A stretch of 64,000 bases of DNA from an uncultured Planctomycetales bacterium (GCA_964354795.1 CAYHBB010000003.1:5887-69886); one strand, 5' to 3'. Positions 1 to 10,093 are shown, numbered from the stretch's first letter. Notes: generated from the letters alone by a model not told the origin. Made by a program: numbers and translations.

Positions 1-2
1 CG

Positions 3-2501
3 TTGATGGAACTTGGCGCTGGTTTTAATCCTGAGTTTACGGGGCGTGAAAATATTATTATTAATGCGCGGGTATATGGTTTGCATGAGGATGTTCTTGC
101 GCAAAAGATTCCGGAAATCCTTGAGTTTTCAGGGCTGGGAAGATTCATTGATGCGCCGATAAAATATTATTCGCAAGGCATGTATATGCGTTTGGCGTTT
201 GCTCTTGCTGTATTTGTCGAGCCCGATATTTTTTTGGTCGATGATATATTGTCAGTAGGGGATGAGGATGCGCAACAGAGGTGTATTAAGAAGATATTTG
301 AGTTAAAGAAATCCGGTAAGACTATAGTTGTTGTCAGTCACGACATGAACATAGTAAGCAGGCTCTGCGACCGCGTTATACTGTTGGATCACGGAAGAAT
401 TGTCCAGGAAGGCCAACCGGGGAAGGTTCTTTCATACTATTTGGAAACAGCTGGTGAAAAGAAAGGAATTGCTTCTTTTGAGCATGACGGGATAAGGGTC
501 GTGTTTAATAATGGCAGGCTAGGCGTTTCATATCGCGGCAACCTGATTACTAAAGGCGTCGGTGCTCATACCATATTCTATGATCGTTTGCTTGGCAGTT
601 ATGTAACTTCCGAAAATCTTTCTTGGCAGATAAGCTCTATTTCTGCAACTGAAATCATCGCTGAGGGGTGGATGCATGAAGGCCAGCTTTCGCAGGTATG
701 GTCAATAGGGTTGTCTTGCGGTGATTTGTCATTTCAGGTCAAGATAGAAGATCAGTGTAAGCAGGAGTTTCATATGGATTTCTTGCTTAAGCCTCAATAC
801 GTATCCTGGAATACATTCGATGTAAGCGGTATATTCCCGCCGTATGTTCATAAAACTAATTGGCAGAGTTTGAATATTGGTGTTCCGGAAGAAGGATTGG
901 TCGCGTTAAGTCCAGGCTCGCAGGAAGAAAATACGCCTTCTATTGTTTTTGAAAATACTTATAAGGACAGCGAGATACGATTATTTAATACGGGTTATGA
1001 TCAGGAATCACGGGGTTTGCAGTATTTTTTAGGGCAGGAGGGGGCAATTTCAATCCGTTTAAAAACGATCCCTAGCATAAAAGACTATCAAAACTTTGTT
1101 GAGTCTAAGAAGAAAGAGCTATTGCTAAATAAAGACCTGAAAAAATGGAGAGCGTTAGCAGTGCAAAGAATTTCCTGCGGTGATATAAGTTTTTTTGTAG
1201 ATATCGAAAATAAAATTTTGCGGATTTTCTCAAAAGATGCAGAGATAACCAGCGGGGGCGGTTTGCGGGCATTGATAACCGTAGGGGGCTCTTTGTATAG
1301 CTCTAAAGATGCGCAGTGGCAGGTTCGCAAAATTTCAGGGCAATTGTTGGAATTGACAATGGAATATGGGGCAATGCCATTTACTCAGCGGTGGATATTC
1401 AATGCTGAGCAGGAAAATACAATTACCTACTCAATAAAGATGGAGTCTGAGCAACGAATAGTTTTTAAAAAGCAGGATGTGGTCCTGGAGGTTGTTGATA
1501 GTTATATTAGTTGGCGGACACCATACGAAGAAGGAGGGTTTACTGAGGCTCAATATGTTTTGGGGATCCTTCCTGTGCGTTTGCGTGAAAGTAAAGTCAG
1601 GGAGATATCGCTAGCGTCTATGAGCAATGGAGCGTCAGATTATTTATTTCTCCAGGTAACACCGAGTCCGCATAAACAATTATTGGGGATTTATAAACAG
1701 AATTTATCGCAAAAAGAAAGCGTGTGTGTGAATTCCTCGATTATCGTTTCGAAAAATAATGAACTGCTTGAAGGCGGGATACATGAAGTTTTTGATGCGA
1801 AGATAGTCTTACATAGAGATATTAGTCCACGGAGTTCTTCAGTATTAGGCGAGGATATAACATTAGAGAATAAAAAATTGCGGATTGTTTTTGATCAAGG
1901 AAGAGGGAGAATCTTTTGGGGAGAGACAGAGGTGACTGTTGGATTAGGCCTTTTTACATCCGTGCGTTCATCCGGCATTTGGCATGATTCTTATCAGGCG
2001 GCATGGGATAAGGATTATGTTCGGGATAATAAAATAAGCGTTACTGGCTATTGGCCGTATATCCCCATTGTCCAGACATGGCAGATCCAGCTTTTAGATA
2101 GCAAAACAATTTACTGGAAAGTGGATGTGAAGGTTCTTGCTCCTTTTAATCTGGAGTTAGAGCAGTCGAATCTTATGCTTTCTGCGGAATATAAAAAATG
2201 GTCTGTTGACGGTGGTATTGGTGGTGACTTTTTAGATGAGTTTACCCGGCAATACGATATTCTGCCGTTTCGGTTTTGGTATGGCAAGTCTTTGCAAAAT
2301 GGTATAGTCGTTCGTGCTAATCTTTCTTCAGTCTTGTTCCAGGATAAATCAGGCAATGAAGATACCAGGGGAATTGTAGAGAATAGCGATTATCTATATG
2401 GGGCCCGTATGCTGCAATATCAGAATTCTCCTAAAGCGGATGCGTCCCTTGGTCAATATACGTATTTTGAAGGGGTGATACACGTTGAGTCTGAAGAATA
2501 A
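3..2501 (+). CDS. Wzt/TagH-type polysaccharide-export ABC transporter ATP-binding protein, 5'-truncated at the window edge, with a ~680-aa C-terminal extension of three ~120-aa W-rich repeats
   Basis: The first ~150 aa match the C-terminal half of TagH/Wzt nucleotide-binding domains: signature YSQGMYMRLAFALA, Walker B/D-loop FLVDDILSVGDEDAQ and H-loop VVSHDM. The ORF runs to base 3, so Walker A lies outside the window. Three repeats follow with the pattern F..G.G...G..T.G.GL......G.W.DS..A.W......PI.Q.W.I....I.WK. Confidence 0.85.
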   Translation: MMELGAGFNPEFTGRENIIINARVYGLHEDVLAQKIPEILEFSGLGRFIDAPIKYYSQGMYMRLAFALAVFVEPDIFLVDDILSVGDEDAQQRCIKKIFELKKSGKTIVVVSHDMNIVSRLCDRVILLDHGRIVQEGQPGKVLSYYLETAGEKKGIASFEHDGIRVVFNNGRLGVSYRGNLITKGVGAHTIFYDRLLGSYVTSENLSWQISSISATEIIAEGWMHEGQLSQVWSIGLSCGDLSFQVKIEDQCKQEFHMDFLLKPQYVSWNTFDVSGIFPPYVHKTNWQSLNIGVPEEGLVALSPGSQEENTPSIVFENTYKDSEIRLFNTGYDQESRGLQYFLGQEGAISIRLKTIPSIKDYQNFVESKKKELLLNKDLKKWRALAVQRISCGDISFFVDIENKILRIFSKDAEITSGGGLRALITVGGSLYSSKDAQWQVRKISGQLLELTMEYGAMPFTQRWIFNAEQENTITYSIKMESEQRIVFKKQDVVLEVVDSYISWRTPYEEGGFTEAQYVLGILPVRLRESKVREISLASMSNGASDYLFLQVTPSPHKQLLGIYKQNLSQKESVCVNSSIIVSKNNELLEGGIHEVFDAKIVLHRDISPRSSSVLGEDITLENKKLRIVFDQGRGRIFWGETEVTVGLGLFTSVRSSGIWHDSYQAAWDKDYVRDNKISVTGYWPYIPIVQTWQIQLLDSKTIYWKVDVKVLAPFNLELEQSNLMLSAEYKKWSVDGGIGGDFLDEFTRQYDILPFRFWYGKSLQNGIVVRANLSSVLFQDKSGNEDTRGIVENSDYLYGARMLQYQNSPKADASLGQYTYFEGVIHVESEE

Positions 2502-5500
2502 TATTGAGAAGCTTAGAAAACATTTGGAAATCGGTGGAATCGGTTACGCCTTTCGCCGTGCCATTAAATATTTCTTGTATTTGTTAAGGGCAATTTTTCT
2601 ACGTTTTCAGAAAAAGCCCGCGGAAATTACCCTGGGGTCAAAAGTTAAGCTTTGTTTTGAGCAGTCAGCTGTGCATCTATTTTTTAATGGAACGCAGGTC
2701 ACCTCGGGGCCCGGTCTGCATGTGGCAATAAATAGCTTGGGCGTCTGGGAGGATTTAACGCAGGCTGACCTTAAAATTGTTAAAAAGCAGCGGGATTCCG
2801 TCACTTTACGGATACGACACCATAAATTTCCTATTACTCAGTTTTGGACTATTAAACGAGAGGCAGAAGAAAAGATATCTTGGAAGATTAAAATACAAAT
2901 AAGAGAAACTATGCATATTGACGAGATATGCATAGCCTGTGGGGTCCATCCTCAATATAAGAGTTGGGTAAAAGATTATTTGCAGAATGATTTTCCAGCT
3001 TTTGGGGCTCAATGGCGAGATATTTATCTCGAAGATGTATCTGTTTTTTTGTTGGGAGTGAGAATCCCGGTCCAGGGCGCTACTTTACCCTCGTTGGCTT
3101 TAGAATTAAATGATTCCCAGTTGTTTCCTTTTATTAGGAATTCTACGCTGGGAAATAGTTTTCACGTCATTGGTACCAGGCACACCGTGCTTAAATCTAT
3201 CTCAAAATGTAGCCGGGGAATGTCAGTTTCTTTTTCGCAGGCCATAAATTTCTTCGAGAACGATGCAGACCTAGATTTAAAAATCGAATTATTTAGAAGA
3301 AAATTGGTGGCCAAGGCAATTAGTGAGAAGACTGGATTATTAGCGCCCTACCGCAAAAGAATTCTTTTGGTGAATCTCCCGTGGCAAAGACGCGGCTGTT
3401 GGGGGGTACGAGCTGGTTCGCGGTGGCCGCATATAAAGGACGTAAGTGAAGGGGACTATTTACCGTTCCCTTTTTTTCTTAGCTATGCTACTGCATTGTT
3501 AAAGAATAATGATTTTAGTGTCACTATTATTGATGCCGTTGCAGAGCAGATGCCAGAAGCCAAATTATTAGAGTTTATCTCGGGTAATAAATTCGATTAT
3601 GTTGTCGCTGAGACATCTATTCCGTCGTTTAGCAATGATCTTCGTATTCTTGGGGGTATTTCCAAATTAAGGGTTTCAATAATTTTATGCGGCCCGAATT
3701 ACCAGATTTACAAACCTGAGTTTTTACAGCAGCATCGGTTTATTGACTTTGTTCTTTACGGAGAATATGAATTCAATCTTCTTCAGTTAATGCGCTGCTT
3801 TAAAGACAAGGGTGATGTTTCAGGTGTGAGTGGCTTATTATATAGAAAAGACGGGAAAGTTTACAAGACCGAATCCGGACAGCCGTTTGATATAAACCTT
3901 CTACCTTGGCCTGAGCGAGAAAGCCTTCCGCTTTTAAAGTATTTGGATGCCCCGGGAGGAATGTTGACACCCAGCGCGCAGATTATTGCATCGCGCGGTT
4001 GCCCGTTTGGGTGTAAGTTTTGCCTGTGGCCTCAAGTGGTCTATCAGGGCCGGCACTATCGAACGCGGAATGTTATTGACGTTGTTGATGAAATGGAATA
4101 TTTGATCAGGGAGAAGGGATCCAGGTCAGTTTATTTTGACGATGATACATTTAATATCGGCAAAGAACGAATGTTTGAGTTTTGCGATCAGATTATTAAA
4201 CGAGGATTGAATCATACTCAGTGGGCGATCATGGCGCGTCCGGACCTAATGGATGAATCACTATTGGACAAATTTAAGGAAGCCGGATTATACGCCGTAA
4301 AATACGGTGTTGAATCGGGCGTCCAGGATTTATTGGATAATATCGGAAAGGCAATGGACCTGGAGTATGCACAGAGGATGATTCGCTATACGCAAAAAAT
4401 AGGCATCAAGACACATCTGACATTTACCTTTGGACTTCCTGGGGAGACCAGGGAAACTATCGAGAAGACGATTGCTTTGGCAAAAAGCCTGGACCCTTTC
4501 TCTGTGCAGTTTTCTTTAGCTACCCCTTTTCCCGGGACCGAGTATCATCGAATATTAGAAAAATGCGGCTGTATCATCTCTAAAGATTTATCCAGTTATG
4601 ACGGTCATTCTAGCAGTGTGATCAAACTGGGGAATCTGGGTTCAGGCGATCTTGAAGAAGCTAAAGTCAGGGCTTATCAGGTATGGTTTGAGTATGTAAA
4701 GAAAAGAAGGGGTTTTCTGGGTAATATAAAGAGGGTTTATGATTTTTTGAAAAGAAACAATATTTCTTATGTGTTGAAGAGGGTAGTTGGCTATCTTACG
4801 AAAGCGTTGCTTAAGAAAGGTATTTCTGAAAATAAGCATAAGGACAATAGTCCGGATATTCTCCTTATTCAGTGTCCACCATGGGATTTTAGTATGGCAC
4901 CTCTGGGGGTTGCATACTTGTCTAGTTATTTGGAGAAACTTGGTTACAAAGCTGACGTTTTTGATCTTAATATAAAATTATATAATTCGGTCGCGGAAAA
5001 ATACCGGCATTACTGGGAGCAAAAAAATATTTGCTTATGGTCTGTAGAGGATTTATTTGAGAACACGTGGTCTGTCTTACAAGATGAAGTGCTATCTCTT
5101 ATGGAAGATGTGATTAAAAATGGTTCGCCTTGTATTGGGCTTTCGGTTAATTTCGGTGGTATTCGCTTTGCCATTAAACTTCTTAATATAATAAGGCAAA
5201 AGAATAAGAGCATAAAAATAATTGTTGGTGGATGGGGGGTTATTGACGAGTACATGCGCGGACTATTCCCGAAAGAAATGCTAGATGCTTTTGTAATAGG
5301 TGAGGGAGAGCAGACTCTTGTTGAAGTGATTGACGTTTTTAGAGGAAAACGCAAGGATAGAAACGTGCTCGGCGCAATATTTACAGAAAATGAAAATTCT
5401 GAATTTAAGCTGCGTAAGCCGATTGCGGATATTAATACCATTCCCTGGCCGACATTTTCTGATTTTGATCTGAAATCTTACAAAAATGTGCTTATACCGT

Positions 5501-6237
5501 TGTTTACCAGTAGGGGATGCATAGGGCATTGTACTTTTTGCAATGACTGGGTCTATTCTAAGCCGTACCGTTACCGTAACGCCAAAAATATCTTTAAGGA
5601 GATCAGGTACCATGTGGAAAATAACCGTGTGAACGCGTTCTCTTTTAAGGATTTGCTATGTAACGGAAACCTTAGGGAGCTAGGGAATCTGTGTGACTTG
5701 CTTATTGAATCAGGCCTTGAGATAGCCTGGGATTCGCAGGCTATTACCCGTAGGGAGATGACGTATGAGTTTCTGTGTAAGCTGAAAAAAAGCGGGTGCA
5801 CGACCTTGATTTATGGAATAGAAAGTTTTTCTGATAACGTGCTTAGGCGTATGGGTAAAATATTCGATAGAGAGACAGCGGAGCTGGTGCTTAAAAGTAC
5901 CCATAAGGCGGATATAGGATCTTTGATCAACATTATCGTTGGTTTTCCGGGCGAGACTGAGCAAGATTTTCAAGAGACCCTGGACGCGTTAGAGTTAAAC
6001 CGGCCGTACCTGAGTGGCGTAGGCGCAGTGAGCGTCTGTTTGGTAAACGGCAATAGTCCATTATGCTGTAAAAAGAATGAATTCGGTATAGTAACTCCAT
6101 CCGAGATCAGCAGTTCGGCTAAACAATGGATGAGCAGTGACGGAAAAAACACCTATGAGATCCGGAAGCAAAGAGCGGAAAAGGTGATAGAGCTAATAAC
6201 GCATTTGGGGTTATCCTATGAAACTGCGACTATTTGA
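2485..6237 (+). CDS. 1250-aa protein with an N-terminal W-rich repeat domain like those in the upstream Wzt tail, followed by two tandem B12-binding radical SAM (class B) modules; probable TTG start overlapping the upstream stop by 17 nt
   Basis: Module 1 has a Rossmann-like B12-binding segment (RILLVNLPW...VTIIDAVAEQ) and then CPFGCKFC (CxxxCxxC). Module 2 has ILLIQCPPWD...KADVFDLN and then CIGHCTFC. Residues 40-160 follow the same pattern as the three repeats in ORF 3..2501. The first in-frame ATG is more than 130 codons downstream. A GGGGTG Shine-Dalgarno-like tract lies 8 nt before the TTG. Confidence 0.8.
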   Translation: MSLKNNIEKLRKHLEIGGIGYAFRRAIKYFLYLLRAIFLRFQKKPAEITLGSKVKLCFEQSAVHLFFNGTQVTSGPGLHVAINSLGVWEDLTQADLKIVKKQRDSVTLRIRHHKFPITQFWTIKREAEEKISWKIKIQIRETMHIDEICIACGVHPQYKSWVKDYLQNDFPAFGAQWRDIYLEDVSVFLLGVRIPVQGATLPSLALELNDSQLFPFIRNSTLGNSFHVIGTRHTVLKSISKCSRGMSVSFSQAINFFENDADLDLKIELFRRKLVAKAISEKTGLLAPYRKRILLVNLPWQRRGCWGVRAGSRWPHIKDVSEGDYLPFPFFLSYATALLKNNDFSVTIIDAVAEQMPEAKLLEFISGNKFDYVVAETSIPSFSNDLRILGGISKLRVSIILCGPNYQIYKPEFLQQHRFIDFVLYGEYEFNLLQLMRCFKDKGDVSGVSGLLYRKDGKVYKTESGQPFDINLLPWPERESLPLLKYLDAPGGMLTPSAQIIASRGCPFGCKFCLWPQVVYQGRHYRTRNVIDVVDEMEYLIREKGSRSVYFDDDTFNIGKERMFEFCDQIIKRGLNHTQWAIMARPDLMDESLLDKFKEAGLYAVKYGVESGVQDLLDNIGKAMDLEYAQRMIRYTQKIGIKTHLTFTFGLPGETRETIEKTIALAKSLDPFSVQFSLATPFPGTEYHRILEKCGCIISKDLSSYDGHSSSVIKLGNLGSGDLEEAKVRAYQVWFEYVKKRRGFLGNIKRVYDFLKRNNISYVLKRVVGYLTKALLKKGISENKHKDNSPDILLIQCPPWDFSMAPLGVAYLSSYLEKLGYKADVFDLNIKLYNSVAEKYRHYWEQKNICLWSVEDLFENTWSVLQDEVLSLMEDVIKNGSPCIGLSVNFGGIRFAIKLLNIIRQKNKSIKIIVGGWGVIDEYMRGLFPKEMLDAFVIGEGEQTLVEVIDVFRGKRKDRNVLGAIFTENENSEFKLRKPIADINTIPWPTFSDFDLKSYKNVLIPLFTSRGCIGHCTFCNDWVYSKPYRYRNAKNIFKEIRYHVENNRVNAFSFKDLLCNGNLRELGNLCDLLIESGLEIAWDSQAITRREMTYEFLCKLKKSGCTTLIYGIESFSDNVLRRMGKIFDRETAELVLKSTHKADIGSLINIIVGFPGETEQDFQETLDALELNRPYLSGVGAVSVCLVNGNSPLCCKKNEFGIVTPSEISSSAKQWMSSDGKNTYEIRKQRAEKVIELITHLGLSYETATI

Positions 6238-7483
6238 TTTGTTTATGGGCAGGTTTTTAGGTTCAGGCTATCAAAAACATCAAGAAGGCAATTTTGTCGC
6301 AAAAAAAGACCTTGTCTTAGAGGGGATACTTGATGGTTCTCTGGCTTTTTCTGGGCCTCAGACAGTCCAGTTCGATGTGACTAACCGTTGTAATAATAAT
6401 TGCTTGTGTTGTTGGAATAATTCTCCCTTTTTAGGCGATTTACCTGAGGATAGGCTAAAGGAAAAGGAAGACGAGCTGCCGTTAAAGCTCATAAAGAAGA
6501 TTTTCGCAGAATTGAAAGGCCTCGGTACTAAGAATTTGGTTCTTGCTGGAGGCGGAGAGCCATTTATGCATCCTAAGATTATTGATATTTTAAGCGCAGC
6601 AAAGAAATGTAATTTTCGCGTTTCTATTAATACGAATTTTACGCTTATTGATGAGAAAATTGCAAAAAAACTTGTAGATTTAAAGATCGATTTGATTCAT
6701 GTTAGTCTTCTCGCAGGTACTCCTAAAACTTATGCAGTGGTTCACCCCAATAAGACTGAGGAGACTTTTTTGCGGATAGTTCGGGTACTTAGATATATGG
6801 TTGAAGAAAGAAACAGGCGCTACCAAAACGGGCCTATACCTCAGCCGCACGTAGATCTTTATTATGTGATTTTTAATCAAAACTATCGTGACATACGGGC
6901 AATGACTGATCTTGCCATGGATTTGCGGGTCAATACGCTTGAATTTACACCTATTGACGTTATTCCCGGAAAGACAGATGTTCTGCTGCTTAATGAGCCC
7001 CAGAAAAGAGAAGTGCTCGAGTCTGTAATTGCGCAAAAGATTAGGCTCGAAGAGTTTAACCGGCAAAATGGGGGAAAAGTTACTTTTATTGAACAGTACG
7101 ATCCGTTTATAAAGCGCCTATCTGCAGAGAATGCCGTAAAAGGTCAATACGAGTCTACTACAATAGTGCAGCAGCCTTGTTATGTAGGATGGGCCTTTGC
7201 GCGCATACTTGCTAACGGTAATGTCACCCCTTGTCTTAAGGCCCATCGGGTGACAACGGGTAATATTTATAAGCAAAAGTTCAGGAATATTTGGAACAGC
7301 CCAGAGCAGCAGTTGTTTAGGAAGAAGGCTTTTATGCCCCAGAAAAACGATCAGTATTTGAGAAGTATTGGCAATAACCCCAGCGAGGACTCAGGTTGCC
7401 TTAGTAGTTGCGATAATATCCAGATTAACATTGAAATGCACGCAAAATATCATGCTGTAACTAACAAAAATGCGAAATCTTAA
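6218..7483 (+). CDS. radical SAM enzyme with a C-terminal SPASM/twitch-like Cys motif (paralog 1 of 3 in tandem)
   Basis: VTNRCNNNCLCCW (CxxxCxxC), GGGEPFMHP SAM-binding GGE motif, C-terminal PCYVGWAFARI...PC...GCLSSC cysteine cluster; overlaps the upstream gene. Confidence 0.75.
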   Translation: MKLRLFDLFMGRFLGSGYQKHQEGNFVAKKDLVLEGILDGSLAFSGPQTVQFDVTNRCNNNCLCCWNNSPFLGDLPEDRLKEKEDELPLKLIKKIFAELKGLGTKNLVLAGGGEPFMHPKIIDILSAAKKCNFRVSINTNFTLIDEKIAKKLVDLKIDLIHVSLLAGTPKTYAVVHPNKTEETFLRIVRVLRYMVEERNRRYQNGPIPQPHVDLYYVIFNQNYRDIRAMTDLAMDLRVNTLEFTPIDVIPGKTDVLLLNEPQKREVLESVIAQKIRLEEFNRQNGGKVTFIEQYDPFIKRLSAENAVKGQYESTTIVQQPCYVGWAFARILANGNVTPCLKAHRVTTGNIYKQKFRNIWNSPEQQLFRKKAFMPQKNDQYLRSIGNNPSEDSGCLSSCDNIQINIEMHAKYHAVTNKNAKS

Positions 7484-8696
7484 GAAATTCATAGCGGATA
7501 GAGATAAATTTTTTTTAGTCAGCGGAATACTTCATTCCTCAAGAGCTTTTATCGGCCCAGAAGTCCTTCATGTTGATTTAACTAACGTTTGTAATTTTAG
7601 TTGTATTGCATGCTGGTGTCGTTCCCCACTCTTGGAAGAAAAGGGAATGCCTGAATGGGAAAGGAAGCTAGCGCTGTCCACAGAAGTTGTAAAGAAAGCC
7701 TTTGACGATCTGGCAGGAATGGGGGGATTAAAGCAGGTCAAATTGGTTGGCGGCGGAGAGCCATTTATGCACCCGGACATCTTGGAAATCGTTGAATATA
7801 TCAAGGGAAAGAACAAAAATATCGCAATTGACATCAATACAAATTTTAGCCTTGTTGACCGATCTATTATTGGGAGGCTGTTGGAGCTTGGCGTTGATTC
7901 ATTAACCGTAAGCCTCTGGGCAGGAACTTTTAAAGCATATGTCGCAGTCCATCCAATGCAGAAGGAAGATATATTTTATAAAATAAAAGATAATCTTAAG
8001 TTCATATCTACAGAAAAGAACAGGCTAAACATTAAGAGACCCCGGATTGTCCTGCACGATGTCATTATGAACCTGAACTATGGGGACATGTGGGAGATGC
8101 TGCAATTTGGTCTTGATGTAGGAGCGGATGACATTCAGTTTGTCCCTATTGATCCTGTGAAGGGAAAAACAGAATCGCTGTTGCTTAATGATAGTCAAAG
8201 GGCTGAGTTATTGCAAGTAGCCCATAAAATATTGACGCGATACAATAGGAATAACTTTGAATATTTATCCGAGGATGGCCGTAGCATTACTCTTTCAGAT
8301 TTTGAGGGGTTTATCAGGCGTATCGAAAAGCTTGATACAAAAAGCGGCGTTTATGACGAGCTCCGTGTTGCGATGATACCTTGTTATGTTGGTTGGCTTT
8401 TTGCCCGGATAATGGCAACCGGAAATGTTGTGCCCTGTTGCAAGGGGCACCGTATGACTATGGGCAATGTCAATGAAGACAGCTTTAAGAGGATTTGGAA
8501 TGGTAAGCGATACCGTGAATTTAGGAATAAAGCCAAGAATATGGATAAATCAAATCCATATTTCTCCCTTTTTGGGAATGACGCCTCGACAGATACGGGT
8601 TGCTATAATTGTGATAATTTGTGGCAGAATGAGCCTATGCATAGGTTGATCAAGTCTTTACCCTTGCATAAACGTAAATTCTTGTTTTTTAAATGA
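7470..8696 (+). CDS. radical SAM enzyme with SPASM/twitch-like C-terminus (paralog 2 of 3)
   Basis: LTNVCNFSCIACWC, GGGEPFMHP, PCYVGWLFARI...PCC...GCYNCDN; clearly paralogous to the flanking genes. Confidence 0.75.
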   Translation: MRNLKKFIADRDKFFLVSGILHSSRAFIGPEVLHVDLTNVCNFSCIACWCRSPLLEEKGMPEWERKLALSTEVVKKAFDDLAGMGGLKQVKLVGGGEPFMHPDILEIVEYIKGKNKNIAIDINTNFSLVDRSIIGRLLELGVDSLTVSLWAGTFKAYVAVHPMQKEDIFYKIKDNLKFISTEKNRLNIKRPRIVLHDVIMNLNYGDMWEMLQFGLDVGADDIQFVPIDPVKGKTESLLLNDSQRAELLQVAHKILTRYNRNNFEYLSEDGRSITLSDFEGFIRRIEKLDTKSGVYDELRVAMIPCYVGWLFARIMATGNVVPCCKGHRMTMGNVNEDSFKRIWNGKRYREFRNKAKNMDKSNPYFSLFGNDASTDTGCYNCDNLWQNEPMHRLIKSLPLHKRKFLFFK

Positions 8697-10090
8697 AAGA
8701 CTATTCAAAAGAAAAATCAGTGATTTCTTTTCTTAACCACTATTGCCGAGATCACGGCGCAAAACGCACTTTACAAGGCTTCAGGCGCAATCTTAATCTA
8801 TGCAATCTTTTTGATGAATACCGTATTTTGAAAGGCATTGATAGCAGAATATATGCTTTTTGCTCGCCTTTATCTGTTCAGATCGATCTTACAAATGACT
8901 GCAATAATGATTGCCTCTGCTGCTGGTGTAATTCTCCTTTACGAAAAAATGAAGAAGTACGCCCTGACAAGTTATCGCTTGATTATGAAGTTATTTTGGG
9001 TGTTTTCGATGAATTGCAGCGTGCGGGGACGCGGGAGATCATTCTTTCCGGAGGAGGAGAACCATTTCTATACCCTCGATTATTCGAGGTAATTGCTGAG
9101 ATCAAGAAAAGAGGATTAATTACTCAGTTATATACAAATTTTACGCTAATCAACAAAGAATCAATCAAGAGTTTAGTTGAATTGGCTGTTGATCGCCTGA
9201 CAGTAAGCCTGTGGGCAGCAGATCCCAAGATGTATTGTATTTTGCACCCCAACAGGCAAGAGGCTGACTTTCTTAGGATTAAGGATAACCTAATTAACCT
9301 AAGAATAATGAAGCAGGGGCTTAAGAAGAATAAGCCAATTGTTTGCCTGCACAATGTTATTAACTCAAAGAATTTTCGTCAAATAAATGAGATGACTGAT
9401 TTTGCTATTTTGGTTGGCGCAGATGAAGTAAGGTTTTCAGTTGTAGATGTCATACCAGGCGTTACGGATGAGCTTTTACTTAGCGATGAACAGAGGCAGT
9501 TTGTAATCAAAGAATGTAAGGGGCTAAATAATAATAGCCGCATAACCGATCTGGGTAGGTTTATGCAGATGGTTTCTTCTGATGGCGCATCCAAAGGAGA
9601 ATATGATAGAGGTGTAGTTAATAATTACCCCTGCTATACAGGGTGGCTATTTGCTCGGATCAGGGCAGACGGAAGCGTTAACCCTTGTCTAAAGTCGCAT
9701 CGTATCAGTCTCGGGAATATCTACCAGAATAGTTTTAAAGAGATCTGGAATTCGCCTTTCGCGCAAGAATTTAGATCACAGGCCCAGAAGTTGAAGTCCG
9801 GAAACCCATATTTTTCTATGGTAGGTAACGGCAGCGGCACTGATATAGGCTGTTTCAGGGTATGTGATGATCTATCAAGGAATATTTTTATGTATAGAAA
9901 GCTTAAGTTCTATCCTACTACAAAAGTTCTCCGTGTGTTTATCGGCCTTAAGAGTGCAGTTGTCGGTAACTTTAAGATAATAAAACGCTGGTTTAATTTA
10001 TTTTATTTGTTTGGAGTGGTTATTTTATATAGCGTTATACTTAAACTGCGCAGGCTGGTAAGCAATATTACTATTTTCCCGGGAGAGTAA
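8693..10090 (+). CDS. radical SAM enzyme with SPASM/twitch-like C-terminus (paralog 3 of 3) and an extra hydrophobic C-terminal tail
   Basis: LTNDCNNDCLCCWC, GGGEPFLYP, PCYTGWLFARI...PC...GCFRVCDD; C-terminal VVILYSVILKL looks like a TM segment. Confidence 0.75.
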   Translation: MKDYSKEKSVISFLNHYCRDHGAKRTLQGFRRNLNLCNLFDEYRILKGIDSRIYAFCSPLSVQIDLTNDCNNDCLCCWCNSPLRKNEEVRPDKLSLDYEVILGVFDELQRAGTREIILSGGGEPFLYPRLFEVIAEIKKRGLITQLYTNFTLINKESIKSLVELAVDRLTVSLWAADPKMYCILHPNRQEADFLRIKDNLINLRIMKQGLKKNKPIVCLHNVINSKNFRQINEMTDFAILVGADEVRFSVVDVIPGVTDELLLSDEQRQFVIKECKGLNNNSRITDLGRFMQMVSSDGASKGEYDRGVVNNYPCYTGWLFARIRADGSVNPCLKSHRISLGNIYQNSFKEIWNSPFAQEFRSQAQKLKSGNPYFSMVGNGSGTDIGCFRVCDDLSRNIFMYRKLKFYPTTKVLRVFIGLKSAVVGNFKIIKRWFNLFYLFGVVILYSVILKLRRLVSNITIFPGE

Positions 10091-10093
10091 GCA

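Noticed and set aside
2485-2501. Possibility that the Wzt-like ORF and the double B12-rSAM ORF are one fused gene split by a frameshift
   Set aside because: The 17-nt overlap with a frame change and a GGGGTG Shine-Dalgarno-like tract before the TTG is compatible with ordinary translational coupling. Apart from the shared repeat domain there is no evidence for a fusion. It is kept as separate genes, with the shared domain noted in the findings.
5010-5973. Several 87-143-aa minus-strand ORFs inside the double B12-rSAM gene
   Set aside because: They are antisense overlaps with a strongly supported + strand gene, with no motifs. The same applies to the other short minus-strand ORFs in the track (for example 1088..1330, 2111..2356, 13596..13793, 18614..18973, 24130..24675, 32429..32719, 44820..45319, 57236..57475, 58045..59060).
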